A stretch of DNA of 63,239 nt, filler included, from Neoconidiobolus thromboides FSU 785 (GCA_025603075.1; 7 parts of 7 records of this genome joined end to end with filler, not necessarily neighbours in it); one strand, 5' to 3'. Numbered from the whole stretch's first letter, positions 24,414-38,765 are shown. Made by a program: numbers and translations. The notes: generated by a model not told the origin, from the sequence alone.

Positions 24414-25322
24414 ATGTTTAGATCACAATTTACAGAGTATATGTTACAATACTATGCTAACTCACTATCCATAATAGTAACATTATATTCATTACTTTTA
24501 TTTATTACTGTATCTTTTATCAACAATCGAGTCAACAATAATATACCTTATTTAATTTCCGTATTCATATTAATAAGTGATTTATTATATTCAATATGTC
24601 AAATAGGGTTTATATTTATTGATTTGCCACCAATAGCGTGTAAAATCTATCAATGGATGGAAATTTTATCCATATCCTTATCAATGTTTTATGCAGCTAC
24701 TATATCAATTATATTCTTATTAGCAATCAAATATGAACTAAGATTAACTTTAACAATGAGGGTATTAACGTACAGTATAGCACCAATACTATCTATAATA
24801 TTAAGTACATTGCCACTAGCTTTTGATAGGATAAGGACAGCAGATGGATGTGGCTTTAATATGAAAAACAATGGAGTTGTTTGGATTTTAGCTACTAAGT
24901 TTGGAGCTACTTTTATTACCGTGTTTATATGTCCCATTATTTATATTGTAATCATCTACTATTTAGCATTAAAGAAGCGCATGTTAAGTCGATCAGGAAT
25001 CGGTAGTGGAAGTAATGGCTCTTCAATACAATATAGAGCCTTTATACGACTATTCATTTATCCATTAATACCTTTAATTAGCTATGTGTTTTATATGGTT
25101 GTGTTTATATTTGCTATCTTTAAAATTGAATTGAATAAGATGACCGTTTCTACTATTGGTGATATTGGCGCCTTTTTTTCTGGTTTACAAGGTTTTTTTA
25201 ATTCACTACTATTTTTAACTAATAGTATCTTTTTAAAAGAAATTAATCAAGTGGGAGAATGGTATAGCGATTCTTCCTTCTTTGATAAAACTTACTTTAT
25301 TAAATTGAAACAATCTAATTGA
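24414..25322 (+). CDS. 7-TM G-protein-coupled receptor (cAMP-receptor-like/Git3-like), intronless
   Basis: Seven hydrophobic segments; TM2 ISDLL, Cys before TM3 and in ECL2, TM6 RLFIYPLIP, TM7 LQGFFNSLLF. Confidence 0.85.
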   Translation: MFRSQFTEYMLQYYANSLSIIVTLYSLLLFITVSFINNRVNNNIPYLISVFILISDLLYSICQIGFIFIDLPPIACKIYQWMEILSISLSMFYAATISIIFLLAIKYELRLTLTMRVLTYSIAPILSIILSTLPLAFDRIRTADGCGFNMKNNGVVWILATKFGATFITVFICPIIYIVIIYYLALKKRMLSRSGIGSGSNGSSIQYRAFIRLFIYPLIPLISYVFYMVVFIFAIFKIELNKMTVSTIGDIGAFFSGLQGFFNSLLFLTNSIFLKEINQVGEWYSDSSFFDKTYFIKLKQSN

Positions 25323-25748
25323 TTAATGTCAATAATAATTTAAAAGCTGGTCTTTAAATTACTATTGTTATTGTTATTTAGGTTTAAATGATAAAATTTT
25401 CCACAACATTTAGTTAAAGTAAAGGAGAATTGAAAATTCAAATATCTCAATATCATTATTTTGACTCCAAGTTGCATTGTAAAGCATGATTATAACATCA
25501 CAACCTCATTTTAAATAATATACAAGGATGTACTTTTTTGTAACAATTTTACTAATAATCTTTGTGTTCAAACAACCTTTAAAAAAATGAAAAAAGTGAT
25601 AAAACCAAAAAAAGACATCTCTGTACATTTCTTTTTCATCTAAGTTTATTAATAAATATTGAATATTTATACTAATTTATTTATTTTGCTTATTTTATAA
25701 AACAAATTTTCTATTTAAATCTTACATATTGTTTCAAGTTAATTATAT

Positions 25749-25846
25749 GGGGATGTATTTTTGTGTCTAAGAATTTTACTAACACATTTTCTGCTTAAAT
25801 AGCGCTTGAAAAATGGAAAAAATAATGAAGTCAAAAAAACACTCCC
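25749..25846 (+). mobile_element. MITE copy
   Basis: Full length, ATAT flanks. Confidence 0.85.
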
Positions 25847-28800
25847 ATATTCTTCATTAAATGTCAAAAACAAAAACATCAATGAGACCAGTATAAACCC
25901 GTTATTTAGATTATATAAGAATGGACCTAAGGAAATTAAGCATTGATTTAATCTAATTTTAAATTAGAATCATAGTTCAGATATTAATGTGTTTTAGCAA
26001 CAAAAGCATTTTATGGATAACTAGTTTTGTAAACTGGATATTCATTATAAATAAAAGTAGCTTATTGAGATAATGAGTTACTAAATGTTATTGCCACCTC
26101 AAATTTATAAAGAATTGGAAGCAGACCCAATTTCTTTATAATATAACTAATTTCATTGTTCTAACTATCAATGATTTCGACAATTTTATTAATAATCTTC
26201 CATAACAGTATTAGTAATACTAGAACAAAATGACTTGCTTCAGAGAAAAAGTATCCTTCAAATCTTGCTCTATGGAAACGTAAAAGTATCCAACTGTCTT
26301 TATGAAGTGATTGCACTGATTACTCCAGTTGATTATTGAACTGGAAATATCAAATATATATGTATCCTACTTTGCCCTTTAGGGGGAATAAAACCTTATC
26401 AAGTTGAGGTATTTTACTTGGGACAGTATTTCAAGCCCCACTTTTATTAATAGTTTAACAGATATATGATCAGCTCTTCAAACCCAAGGTAGAAAACAAA
26501 AATTAATATAAAATAAATACTTTAGAAGTTTCCATTTAAAAGGTAATTTACAAATCAAACATATATAGCAGATCAAGATTTTATAGCTTTAAAACCCATT
26601 AAAAATTGTGGTCCAGAAATTTAAACCTTGAATGGATGTATTGATTTTGTACTGAGTTTGGTTAACGGCAGATCACTTCATCATAAAAATAAAATTCTAT
26701 TAGATTATGTTGATTAATTAGTTCATTTCATAAAGTTAATATAGACAAAGATGTATTTAATTCAAAGATAAAAAATTTACCAAATAGTACTAAATCAATG
26801 AATGATTAATGCCAAAAGAAACTTTTTATTAACTATTTGATGTTTATGAATCAAGAACTAAATCCTTTGATGTTACTTTTTATTCTTAACTTCACTAGTG
26901 AATCAGTGTCATTAATAGTGATTAAAGTCAAATCCTACTGCTCATATATTACATTGTTTCTTTCCAATGATTGAAAGGAAATGCTTTAAGCCGAGGAAAA
27001 ATTTGCTACATTTATTAATTTTATTTTGGTATAATCTGAACTTAAATATTCAAGAGTATCTAAAGTATATGTAGCTAAAAAATAAAGTTTTAAAATAATC
27101 AAAGTTATACTATACTCGTTTTTACTAATATATAAGCCAACCGGTTATGGAATAAGGTAAATGGATTATACATACATATAAATAAATATGCATATGGGTA
27201 AATTTAAGGCCAATGTCCAGGAGGACCTTCGTCGTTACCAACAACTGTAGTTTTTGGAATAACGGGATTATCATGAGCAACAAGATAAGAATTAATTGAT
27301 AAAACAGATAGGGCAAATGCGAAGATTAAATTGAAGTTCATCTTTTAATTATTATTTTTAAATGAAAAAGTTTGTTTTCAAAATAACTCAAAAACCATTT
27401 GACCTTTTGGGTTTATATATTTGTTCCAGACTAGGACTGTAGATGTTACAATATAGCATAAACAGGTTTAATGCAAGAATATTAATGTCTTTGTTTTTTA
27501 TACTGGTTAAAATGGAGCTTATTGAGCCCATGTGTAATAAATTCATCTACCTATTTAAAAATCTTTAGTCCAATTTAATTAAACTATTATCAAAAATAGA
27601 ACTGTTTTTCCGTATATTCCATTCTAGAACCATGTAATTCCGATTTTTATATATTTTATAGCGTTGACTATACAAACAAATCACTTATATAATGTGATAT
27701 TAATGAACAATTGCGTTTTCGACTAAAATTTATCCATAATTTGGATATTATATAAATTTATCATCCTAATAATTATAATAATTGAAAGAAAAAACTGATT
27801 TTAATGTATGTTGGAATATAAATTATCGCCAAATCCACTTTGAGCTTTATAGATACTATAAACTTTAAAAAGTAAATCAGGACCACTGTAATAATAGGAT
27901 GTTACATTCCTACCTACAATTAGAAATTGAATTCTGTGATATACCTCATGATCAAAGTAAGACTTAATCCAAGAGAGTGGTATTAATTTAAGCTTTTTAT
28001 TTGTATCAAACATATGAGGATGTAATTTTGTGTTTAAGAGTTTCACTAACAATTTTTCCACTCAAATAGCAGTTAAAAGATAGAAAAGGTGATGAAGCTA
28101 AAAAACACCCCTATATTTTGTCTATTTAGTAAACAAATGCTTATAGACTTTAATAAATAAGCGCCTGCTAGTATTTCCAATTTGCTGTATATTAATTAAC
28201 AGTGTGGAATAGTTATAGAATTAATATAGTGGCATCTTATTAATTATTAAATAACACATGTTTTGTAGATATTATAAATAGCCTACACAATCTTAATTAA
28301 ATGCATCAAAACTAGTATTATGCTATTACATTTAGTTTTATCTTACAAAAAAGAGCTAAAGAATATTTTATGTTACTAAGCTGATGTATGTTCTATATAA
28401 AAATTCGAACAAATAAATTAATTTTAATATATTAAAAAAACGACATGTAGAAGCAATAGTATAAAATCAAATTACTAAAATTACTAAACATTAAAAAGAC
28501 TTATTTTTATTATTATCATGAGATTTTAATAGTATTCCATTAATAAAATAGTTTACAATTAATCTCATATTTAAAACTGAAAACAAAATTTGTATAGTTT
28601 TTATTCAAAAAAGCATATGGATGTGTGTTCTGCCGTTATGATCTGTTTCATTTATTATACAATATAAAGATAGGCAACTAACAGATATTAAAAAAAAGCT
28701 AATAACGCTCCTATATCACTTCACACTTGGATCCAATATATAAAGTCAGATAAAAATCAACTAAAATACATTTTGATCTGGTTAAGACCAGTAACCCTTA

Positions 28801-30248
28801 AATTATGCTACCTTCGATTAATTGCCTGATTCATATCTCACTTGTGTCCACAGTACTTTCATGCTTAACTCATCTTTAACTCACCTTTTCTCTATTTCCC
28901 TTTTTGATAAACCTTGTACTTATAAAACAGATGATTGAGAACCTCCAGTTCTTTCAAGATATCAAAAGAAAAATATTCTTTTATTTTTTCATTAAAAAAA
29001 TAAAGATATTATAAATAAACATTTTTGTAACCATATGAAGATGTTTTTTTAGTTTCATTGCTTTTTCCATCTTTTAAGCATTATTTTAGTGGAAAAATCG
29101 TTAGTAAAATACTTTAAAAAAATACATCCCCATATATAATATACCTTTTTTTAATAAATTAAACAAATACTACAAAACCTTACTACAAAAATTACTAACT
29201 GTTTTATAAAGTTATTTCTTACTTGTCTTGTTCATAAAGTTTCTAACAAACCTTAATCCTTAATTTCGGATTGATAATAATTATATTAACCAGTAATTAT
29301 TTTTTGGCTCTTAAATGCCATTCAAGATAACTTCGTAAATAAGCTCAAATTAAAACACTTACAAATGCTAGTTTTATGGATGTACAATTAAGATAGTTTG
29401 AAGACATTAAATCTTAGGGACTTATATACTTGATTGAAACTAAGTTACAAGCATCAATATATATATACTGGTTTATATATCAGAGTCTTTTTCTGCCAGT
29501 TATCTTTAAATTTGCTTGATTCCTATATGTAAAAAAAAATTGATTTTTATAAATGATACCCCAATTTGTACCTTACAATCATTGAGGTTTCAAAAATAAA
29601 ATACCAATAAAAATGATTAAATATGAAATCGCTTTTCATATTCCAAAATAGATATAATACAATAAGAGTCTTTGTTCTAATTATAAAGCCCATTTCCTTC
29701 AGCTTTACCGTAGTTTGAAACCTTCAAAACTTTATACAAAAAATATCAATTCATCTTATATATAGTAAATGCTTGTTTAAGGTAGCATATTCTAGAGTTT
29801 CATGAAATTTGTTCTATTTATTTAGAAGTATGTTTATAATATAACCTTATAATTTTTTATATCATTGATAGTCATTATGTCTTTATACAAGTTTATCTAC
29901 TGATCACTAGTATATAAGGAAGATATGCTATTAATTTAACTAAATTTGTTCATTCACGGAACCTGAGATCCGAAACTTTAGAAAATACATGAAATAAAAA
30001 TGCATTGGTTTTTTTACCTTTCAAAAAATTATCACTATTGATATAAGTATAGTAAAATGTATTGAATAAATTAGTTTAATACTAAAGAGGATGTTTTTTT
30101 TATTCCATTACTTTTTCCATTTTTAAGCGCTATTTAAGCGGAAAGATTGTAGAAAAATTCTTAAACAAGGTACATCCCCAATGTTAAATATCGAATTATT
30201 TTTAAGCCCTCAAAATGGTATATATATTTTTAAAAACCTAACTTATAA

Positions 30249-30320
30249 GGCTTAGTGGTCTAGTGGTATGATTCTCGCTTTGGGTGCGAGAGGCCCTGGG
30301 TTCAATTCCCAGCTGAGCCC
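30249..30320 (+). tRNA. tRNA-Pro(TGG)
   Basis: GGCTTAG/CTGAGCC acceptor stem; CTCGC-TTTGGGT-GCGAG anticodon arm. Confidence 0.95.
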
Positions 30321-32903
30321 TATTTTTTTGATTTAACCCTTTTGCTATAAATCTGACTTTGAATTTTAGAAACAAATAGAGACCGTTTTTAATTTTATTG
30401 CTTTTTCCTGAGATAAAAATATTTTATAAAAAGACAACACTCCAGTGACATAATTAAGAAAAACCTATACAACTAAAGTAATAACTTTAGTTAATGTATT
30501 CTTATAAAGCTTTATCTATTTGATAGTGAATCTGCAATGTTGGTTATAAAGTAGTCAATAATAAATATTTCTCAATAAACTACTTTAATGCTATAAATGC
30601 ATCATTGGTATATTACTAAGTTAATAAATAACTGCATGGAAGGGAGTGGTTGGCCCCAAAGCTATAATTAACCATCGATTTATAGTACAAGTAATATAAT
30701 AATAGTTTTTATTACTACAACTACTCGCTCTTTGACTATTTATTAACTTAAGTAATATTAACATTTAACAATTGATTTCTATCATTTAACAAACTACTTA
30801 GTAAACATCGAAATTTTTAAATTCTCTGTTATTTTAGTAAGATAAGCTGAGATTGATCTTTTAATTTTTCTATTTTCTATAGACTCTATAACTTTAATTG
30901 GAACTATATCGCTTTTTTTTGATGTATCAGATACTGAATAACAGTGTAGCTTATTGTTATGTTTAATAAAGTGTAGATGCTTCTTAATACCTTGCATTTC
31001 TATTGTTCTTTTTGTATTTTTGTTTCTTTTATATTTTTAAAAAATTATATCTGTTTTCCCATTATTAACAGTCAAGTTATTAATCCTATTATGTTCGCAA
31101 ATAAAAGTCTCAAATCTTGAAATTAATTGATTAATATCTTCTATTTTATCTAATGCTTTAAAACCACTTTTCCATTGTGAAAGATTTCCAAAATGTCTAT
31201 CAACTATACTTTTTACATGATGCTCAGTAAAGAAATTAAGATCAATATTTAAACTGCTATTTATTTTAGGAATTTGTTTAAATATATAGGGATGTATTTT
31301 TATGTTCAAGAATTTTATTAACAATTTTTCTGCTCAAATAGTGTTTAAAAGATGAAAAAAGTAACGAAGCCAAAAAAACATTCCCATATAATGTAGGAAC
31401 TCTTGAGATTTAAAATGATTTCCTGTATCTGCCCATATATTAATTTTGTAAACTTTAAATAAAAGCTTTGTGGAAATCAAATCAATTAAACATTCTACAT
31501 ATACCGGAATCATGATTTAATGTTTCAGATAAATAGCCAAAATAAACTTTCGTTGTTATTTTAACATCTTTTAAATACGAAACATCAAACCATAATACTA
31601 ACATAGCTTGTTTCTTATAATGATCTGAATATATTGTGTTCGGTCTTGTTCCTATTTCCATATTCTGTTTAAAATTTAAAACTATTATACGACTTTTATT
31701 GTTTAATTTTTTGATAGTTTCATTAAATATGTTTTTTGAGTATCAACGCAAAATTGCGATATCGTTTTGTCAGCTCTATGATTGATTATGACATAATAAT
31801 CACTTAAGTCGCTATGTCCTCGAGTTCAGACACAATCAATCCCATGTTCTTATTTTGATTTACTATTAGAATTTCTAACTTTATCCTAAAAAATACCATC
31901 CTTTCATTTTGATATCTATATTTATCGGAGTATAGAAGAAATTTCAGAATATACCAATTCAGAACTTTTTTAACTGGATTATTCCCTCATATCTTGTACC
32001 TTTAATAAAGCCAGTAAATTCCCCTAATAATGTTTTATGTAGATTTTACAGTAGTATTGTCTATTCTATCTGTCTTGCATAGTCTGTAACATATTACATG
32101 CTACTTTCATAATTCGAGTAGAGTATATGAGGATGGTTTTTTTTGTTTTGTTACTTTTTCCATGTTTCAAGCGCTATCCGAGCGGAAAAATTGTTAGTAA
32201 AATTGTTAAATAAAAAAACACATCCCGGTATCTTAGTCACATAAACTAAGACCTTTCGGCTTATAGCTAGCCAATTAAGCAATGACTATTTTTGATTTCA
32301 ACTACTGGGTAACCAGATTTCACATTTATTAAATAATAGCTATTATTATATAGAGGTATTTTTTGACTTCATCACTTTTTTCATCCTTTTAAGCGCTATT
32401 TGAGTGGAAAAATTGTTAATAAAATTCTTGAACATAAAAATACATCCCTATATATTAGTTTGATTCTAACAAAAACTTTAATAAGATTTTGAATTTTATT
32501 GTAAATTATAAAGCTTTTTTTAATTTTACTAATTTTAATATAAGGATGTTTTTTTATTCTATTACTTTTCTTATCCTTTAGATACTATTTAAAAAGATTA
32601 GTAGTAAAATTTTAAATGATAATAAACTAAAATTTAAGCATTTATTTAAAAAATGATTTATTAGTAACATTTCTTATTTCTAACTTTGAAGTTAAAAATT
32701 AAGCAAGTACCTTTGAAAATTTATCATATAATTAAATGATTCAAATTTACAACATAATTACATGCTAAACAATTAAATGACCCCTACAATAATTCTAAAA
32801 TTGTTATCTAAATGAAGCTGTAATTGATTAATTTTAGAAGAGACCCCTTAAAGTCTGTCAAAGAATAATATGTACCTATTATTAGCTACAATGATGTATC
32901 TTA

Positions 32904-32976
32904 GGGGTAGTAGCTCAATCGGTAGAGTACTCGCTTTGCATGCGAGGGGCACGGGGATCGAAACCCTGCTACTCCA
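32904..32976 (+). tRNA. tRNA-Ala(TGC)
   Basis: GGGGTAG/CTACTCC with G3:U70; CTCGC-TTTGCAT-GCGAG; ATCGA T-loop typical of eukaryotic tRNA-Ala. Confidence 0.95.
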
Positions 32977-33014
32977 GCTATTTTTATAGCCTTGTTTCTT
33001 TGGGTACAAAATAT

Positions 33015-33112
33015 GGGGATGTATTTTTTTGTCTAGGAATTTACTAACAATCTTTCTGTTCAAATAGCGTTTAAAAGATGAAAAAAATAATGAAATCAAA
33101 AAAACACCCCCC
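33015..33112 (+). mobile_element. MITE copy 38 bp downstream of tRNA-Ala
   Basis: ATAT flanks, full TIRs. Confidence 0.85.
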
Positions 33113-33711
33113 ATATGGTATACTAAGAATCTATCTATAATTTCAAATAAAATTGTTTAATTAGAATTTTGCCTTTATTAAGTATCAATCTATTAAGCTT
33201 ATTATATACATGAGAATGTATTTTTGTGTTTAAGAATTTTACTAATAATTTTTCCACTCAAATAGCGCTTGAAAGGTAAAAAAAGTGATAAAGTCAAAAA
33301 AAAGCATCCTCATGTATTTTTTATTTTCCATCTCCTCATATCTTTGATATTAGTCTCATACACTCTTTGTCAAAATCTACCTTTTTTCTCTTGGTCTTTG
33401 GTAAATGTCAAGAGTTTTATAGCCTTTCTGTTGAAAACGAAGACTAGGCACTTCTGGTATCCATTGTATCTCTTATCTGATTGGAAAAATATTCAAAGAC
33501 TTGAGGTTAAGCGGGATATCTTTGCCTGATCAAGTTCCAAAAAAGTAGAAGCATACTGGGAGAAGTTCTCACCCTTTATAATAACTCCCTCACTAAAGCT
33601 TATATGTAGTGACAGCGCTTTATACAATTCTTTATCTTAATAAATTAAGCACTTGAGACTTCACCCTTTCAAAAAAATTACTGGCTTGCTAAATTATTAA
33701 TATAAGCATAT

Positions 33712-33809
33712 GGGGATGTATTTTTGTGTCTAAGAATTTTACTAACAATTTTTCCGCTTAAATAGCACTTAAAAAATGGAAAAAATAATGAAGTCAAAAA
33801 AACACTCCC
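33712..33809 (+). mobile_element. MITE copy
   Basis: ATAT flanks, full length. Confidence 0.85.
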
Positions 33810-36285
33810 ATATTTTGTTTCTAAGCCCTTGAGGCTAAATCAAGAGTCAAATAAAATTTAAATTTTTTAAATACATATATTCATATATAGCTATGTTTAT
33901 TTGGTAAAAAACAACTTCTTGATAGTCATCTAAAGTTGAGTGCAGTGTCTAGGGCCAATGACCGCGAGTTTTAAAGCCATAGGTTTGATCAGCAGCAGGT
34001 TGGTTGTTAATAGGGACTGAAGTGATTACAGACATAGTGTAAACGGTGTAAGCGATAAGAAAAGTAAGTTGCATTGTATTTATAAGTAATTTGTATCTAA
34101 TTTAATATAATATTATAGGATAGTAAAGCGACTACTATTTATACTTCTTAATCCCACTGTATACCTGTATTATAAATGTAAAAGGAGTTCATACTATGGA
34201 CATATCAAATTGAGCTTAATGGATCGCTTTGTTTATAACTTAAATTATATTGATAACACATGGTATGTTATAACGCATTGTTGTTGACTGAGTACCGTAC
34301 CGAATTATTTTTATAATATTAAACTTTTATTACCTATCCTTTATATGAACTTTTTACGTTTGTGTTTATTAATTATCTAAATAAAAGTAAGCTAACTTTT
34401 ATGCACCCTGTAATAGATTATTTAAATCTAGAGTTTATTTGATTTTATAATATTATCCCGACTTTGTTAACTAATAGAGAGTAAATAATAACTAGCTCAA
34501 TTTTCCTTTTATTCATTATTCATCTACATATCAATGTTATGAATAAAACAATATAAACAGTTAAATAAAGTTATAGAATGTTGCTTTGGCTTATAAGGGA
34601 CATAAAATATAATTTTTTATTAGGATTATTATTTAGATTTGTTTCATTTTAGTCTTACAAAAATTTTGATATCAATTGAATAAATAAATATAAAAAACTT
34701 GAGTTTTTTAACAAAAATTAAGTCATCTTAAAATTTTAAATTTAAAAAATTCTTTGTAAACTAATAAATTCAAAAGGGGGTTACCCACAAAAAAACTAGT
34801 ATAATATATTTGAGATTTTTATTTAAAAAGTATTCAATACAAAACAATAAAAAGCTTACGGCTTACATCTTTAAAACTAAAATCGTAGAGTATATATAAT
34901 TATTTAATGACTTACTAATGGTGTCTCGGCAACATGGTTTCAATAATAGATGTTTATAAATATCTATAAATAAATCATAAAAAAAGTTATTGCTAAGATA
35001 ATAATTAATTAAACAGGTTATTTAATTAAGTCTAGTTTCATACTGATAAAGATCAGAGATGATCGCTATAGAATAAAATAAGTTTAAATCTTCTTTATTG
35101 TAAAATACCTTATATATTTAGCCCCTTATGAATAATTTTCACTTGTATTTGAAAACGTACTCGATTTAGTCCTATTCAAGTTAGTTATATGGGTATTGTT
35201 TATTAGTTTACTTTCTTAATATAATTAATGAGCCACGGGTTGAATTACAAGCCTAATGATAATTTAGATGTAGAATCAGTATTGTTCAAATTTAAGTTTA
35301 TAACACAAAGTATTAATAACTTGAATAAAGCGTGTTTTTTTCTCAATACTGTAAAAGTTAAAATTTGAATTGGAGGTAGTAACCAGCTAAGTATGAAACA
35401 TTTCAAACAAAAAAGGCCATTTTTAGAGTTTAATTCCAATCGAAAAAACCAAATGTTGAATTAAATAGTTACTACTAACTTTTAATAAAGTTAGATTAGG
35501 CTCAAGTTAGAGATAGGATGTAAGTTTAAAATTCATTAGTAATTTATTTCATATAAACCTATACTTTATTAAAAAAATTGTACCTATTTGACCATTGTAC
35601 CCTACCGTTGACATTAAAGTTATGTCTGAGGCCCTTTACAGTATCCATTGTGTTTTGCAGACCGTAGCCGCGTTTTAGGAAAAACATTTCAATTGAAAAA
35701 AAACTGAGGCAATTTTTGTTGAAAGCTGTAATGAAAATAGGTTCAGTTTCAATTTGACTAATAGAACAAGTTATACCTAGATGTCATTTGCTAACTGTAA
35801 TTTATAACTAGTTTTTTTCAGCATGAAATAAGAGTTAAAGTTTTAATATCATTGGATTACACTATAGGTTTTTTTAACCATAAATTAAAATATTTAATTA
35901 TAGCCACTCCAAGATCATTAAATTTTAATTTTTTGACTGGGATTTTGCTAATAGGGCGTTTATATAGTGTTATAAAAGGTAGAAATAATAATTCATAAAA
36001 TAAAGTAACTTTAGTATCAATTTTTTGTGTCACAAAAATTGATTCTTTATCCAAAACTTAATAAAGAATACTACCCTGTTCAATAGAGTACCATTGTCTA
36101 TTTATTAGAAAGGTTACAAAGGTTAATAAAGAGACTAAATTCTTATAAACAGCAAAGCGAATTAGATTTATTTTTATAGTATTCTACTTTATTCTTAAAA
36201 ATCAATAAAGCTTACTGATCAAATATTTGTGTACAATACCTTATAATTCGTTTATATAATATTAATTACAGCAATTATTATTAAA

Positions 36286-37656
36286 ATGTTTTTTTTGCTC
36301 TATTAGTTTATCTTTTAATGTTCAGTTCGCTATTCGTTGTTTTTTTCTTTTCATAGAGTTATTGCATATTTGCCAAGGTTACAAGACGGAGGATGCATTG
36401 TAGTTCAAGACAAAGTGTATTATTTAGGTGGGTATACATATACACCTAATATGAAAGAAGCAGGAGACCAAAACCATAATGTATTTACGTTAAATCTAAG
36501 AAGTGGGCTTAAAGGGATCGATAATTCGATGGAATGGGAAATAAATGAAGTAGCTAATCATCCAAGAATAGGCACAATCTTACTTTTTTATTCTACAACT
36601 GAGAATGGAATAAGAACTATTGGAAGCATTTACCAGAGTAGATTTAAAAAATGGCTATTATTTAACTCCCTTAGTATTGAAAAAAATGAATGGTATGGTG
36701 AAGATGGTATTGAAAGTATGTATCTGGAGTCTATTACAGATAGTAAGGGAAATATAGCATGTTATTAGAGATATTTTATCTTGCAAGATGAGAATAGGGA
36801 TAAATTGTTTTATGTTTCTGGCTATTGTTTCAATATAGAAACTAAGGAAATCAAACCTATATTTGAGCCGCCCCATAATATGATCATCCATCAATTATTT
36901 ATTTTAAATAATAAACTGTATTATTTTTTAGATTTAGGGTTGGAAGATCGTAAGAAAAGTGGTCAAAATAAGCTATATGAATTGGATTTGAAGTCAAAGG
37001 ATGTAAAAGAATATGATATAAAAATCAAACACAATGATCATTTTGAGCCCATAAAATATAATCAATCAATTTATTTTATTGGGTATGAAAAAGGTGAAGA
37101 TGCTAATTTTTTAGGTGACGTGTATGAGTTAAAGTTGGGTCCGTTTTCATTTAAAAAGATAAAACAAATTAGAATAAGTAACAATGAGTGTTTTTCTGTT
37201 TATAAGGATTATCTAATAAACTCATTTGGTTTATATTTTATTAGTAAAGAAAGGAAAAAATCAGTAGAAAGCTCAAATAAAATATTACTAACAAATATGT
37301 CTAATTGGGGATAAATTGATTATCTACCTTCATCATTAAGTAATAGTAATTATGATAAACAAGCAAATCATAATGATTACAGCAATATAGAAATAGGATA
37401 CACTGTTAGTTTTTAAATATAAGCTATAATAATAACTTCAATCGTCTTATTGATGTTTTATAAGTATAGAAAGAAGAAAGGAAGACCGCCGAGTATAATA
37501 ACCGATAGTATTGTCATTGAATCTATTAGCCCTTTAAATTATAAATATGACCATCACAGTATAGATCTTTTTAGTTATTCTCAACAGATTGATAACCATA
37601 GTACTATATTACCTGTTAAAATAGAACTTAAAGTAAATAGAGTTGTCTATGACTAA
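36286..37656 (+). pseudogene. Signal peptide-Kelch propeller-TM protein, disrupted
   Basis: ORFs 36337, 36781 and 37450 lie in one frame separated by in-frame stops (36766, 37312 and two near 37415); KVYYLGGY, SIYFIGY Kelch-like motifs; TM then KYRKKK; 5' frameshift in a T-run. Confidence 0.7.
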
Positions 37657-38667
37657 AAGTATAAACTTTCCTTTGGTCAAATACTTAATGATAGGTCTGA
37701 GTCCAAAACGTATCTAATATGAACTCAATACCTTCTGCTGTACTCAAAAAGTCTAAAGATCAATTTACATATTGGTCTTCCAAAGAAATATGGTTTTGTC
37801 TGAGAACCCTCCTAGATACCAGGGCATAAATTTCATTTTCTATTTTAAATATAACGCTTGCCTCCATTAAGAACTTCTTTAATGCACACTGATTTTGTAT
37901 TAAATCTATGATTTTGACCTAGTAAAACAATAAAATGCTTATAGACAAAATATACATACTCAGAAGGAGTTCATGGATTATCAAATATTAATTTAATGGA
38001 TCAATAATGTTTTTTAAGTGATTTAAAGTATTTCATACTTAGCTTACAAATATTTAATAATATTGTGTCAAAAGGACCTTTTTACAACATTGTGCCTCTG
38101 TTATCATATTATCTAAAGATTTTGTATTAGCAGTCCCCATAGTTTTCACTTTAATAAAACCTCTTTCCGTATAACCATTACCCCCACTGCTTTTACTTGG
38201 GATTTTATTATATGTGGATATATTTTTACGTTTAAGAATTTTACTGACAAATTTCCCTCTCAAATGATGCTTAAAAAATGGGAAAAATAGCGAAGTCAAA
38301 AAAACACCCCTCTATATACTAAACCAAATCAACCGTAAAACTTTAACTTATTCATAGCCCAGGTTGAAATATCTATTTTCTCAGAAGTCAAACTTCCCAT
38401 CCACAGCTTAGTCAATCAATAAGGAGGGCTTTTTAAGATCTTGTTTATTTCAATGAAAATAGTTATTTGGTTATAAATATAGTTATAATTGAGTATTGTT
38501 TTTTATTAAATTAATTCAAATTTTCAAAGTTTCGAGTAATCTAACAAAGCAATATAAATTATAGGAACTACTTTTATAGCCTGTACTTCAAATATTTAAA
38601 TATTCATTATATTTTACTTTTATTACATTTATATTTGTTATTTTGTTTGATTTATCAGTGAGTATTT

Positions 38668-38765
38668 GGGGCTGTTTTTTTTGATTTCATTATTTTTCCG
38701 TTTTTTAAGCACTATTTGAGTGGAAAATTTGTTAGTAAAATTCTTAAACACAAAAATACATCCTC
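38668..38765 (-). mobile_element. MITE copy
   Basis: ATTT direct repeat on both flanks. Confidence 0.85.

Noticed and set aside
25900-27320. Degraded coding-like tracts that might be the MITE's transposase (also 31500-32090, 17500-18900, 62500-63000)
   Set aside because: No DDE/DDD motif recognisable by eye; needs tBLASTx or HMM against Repbase/Dfam.
33340-33640. Gag-like remnant on the minus strand (QYASTFLEL)
   Set aside because: A single weak motif; cannot classify.
27801-38299. Short ORFs with K..HPH/KFVSKIL motifs (1322, 27801, 31037, 32848, 33269, 38054)
   Set aside because: They are translations of MITE sequence, not a protein family.
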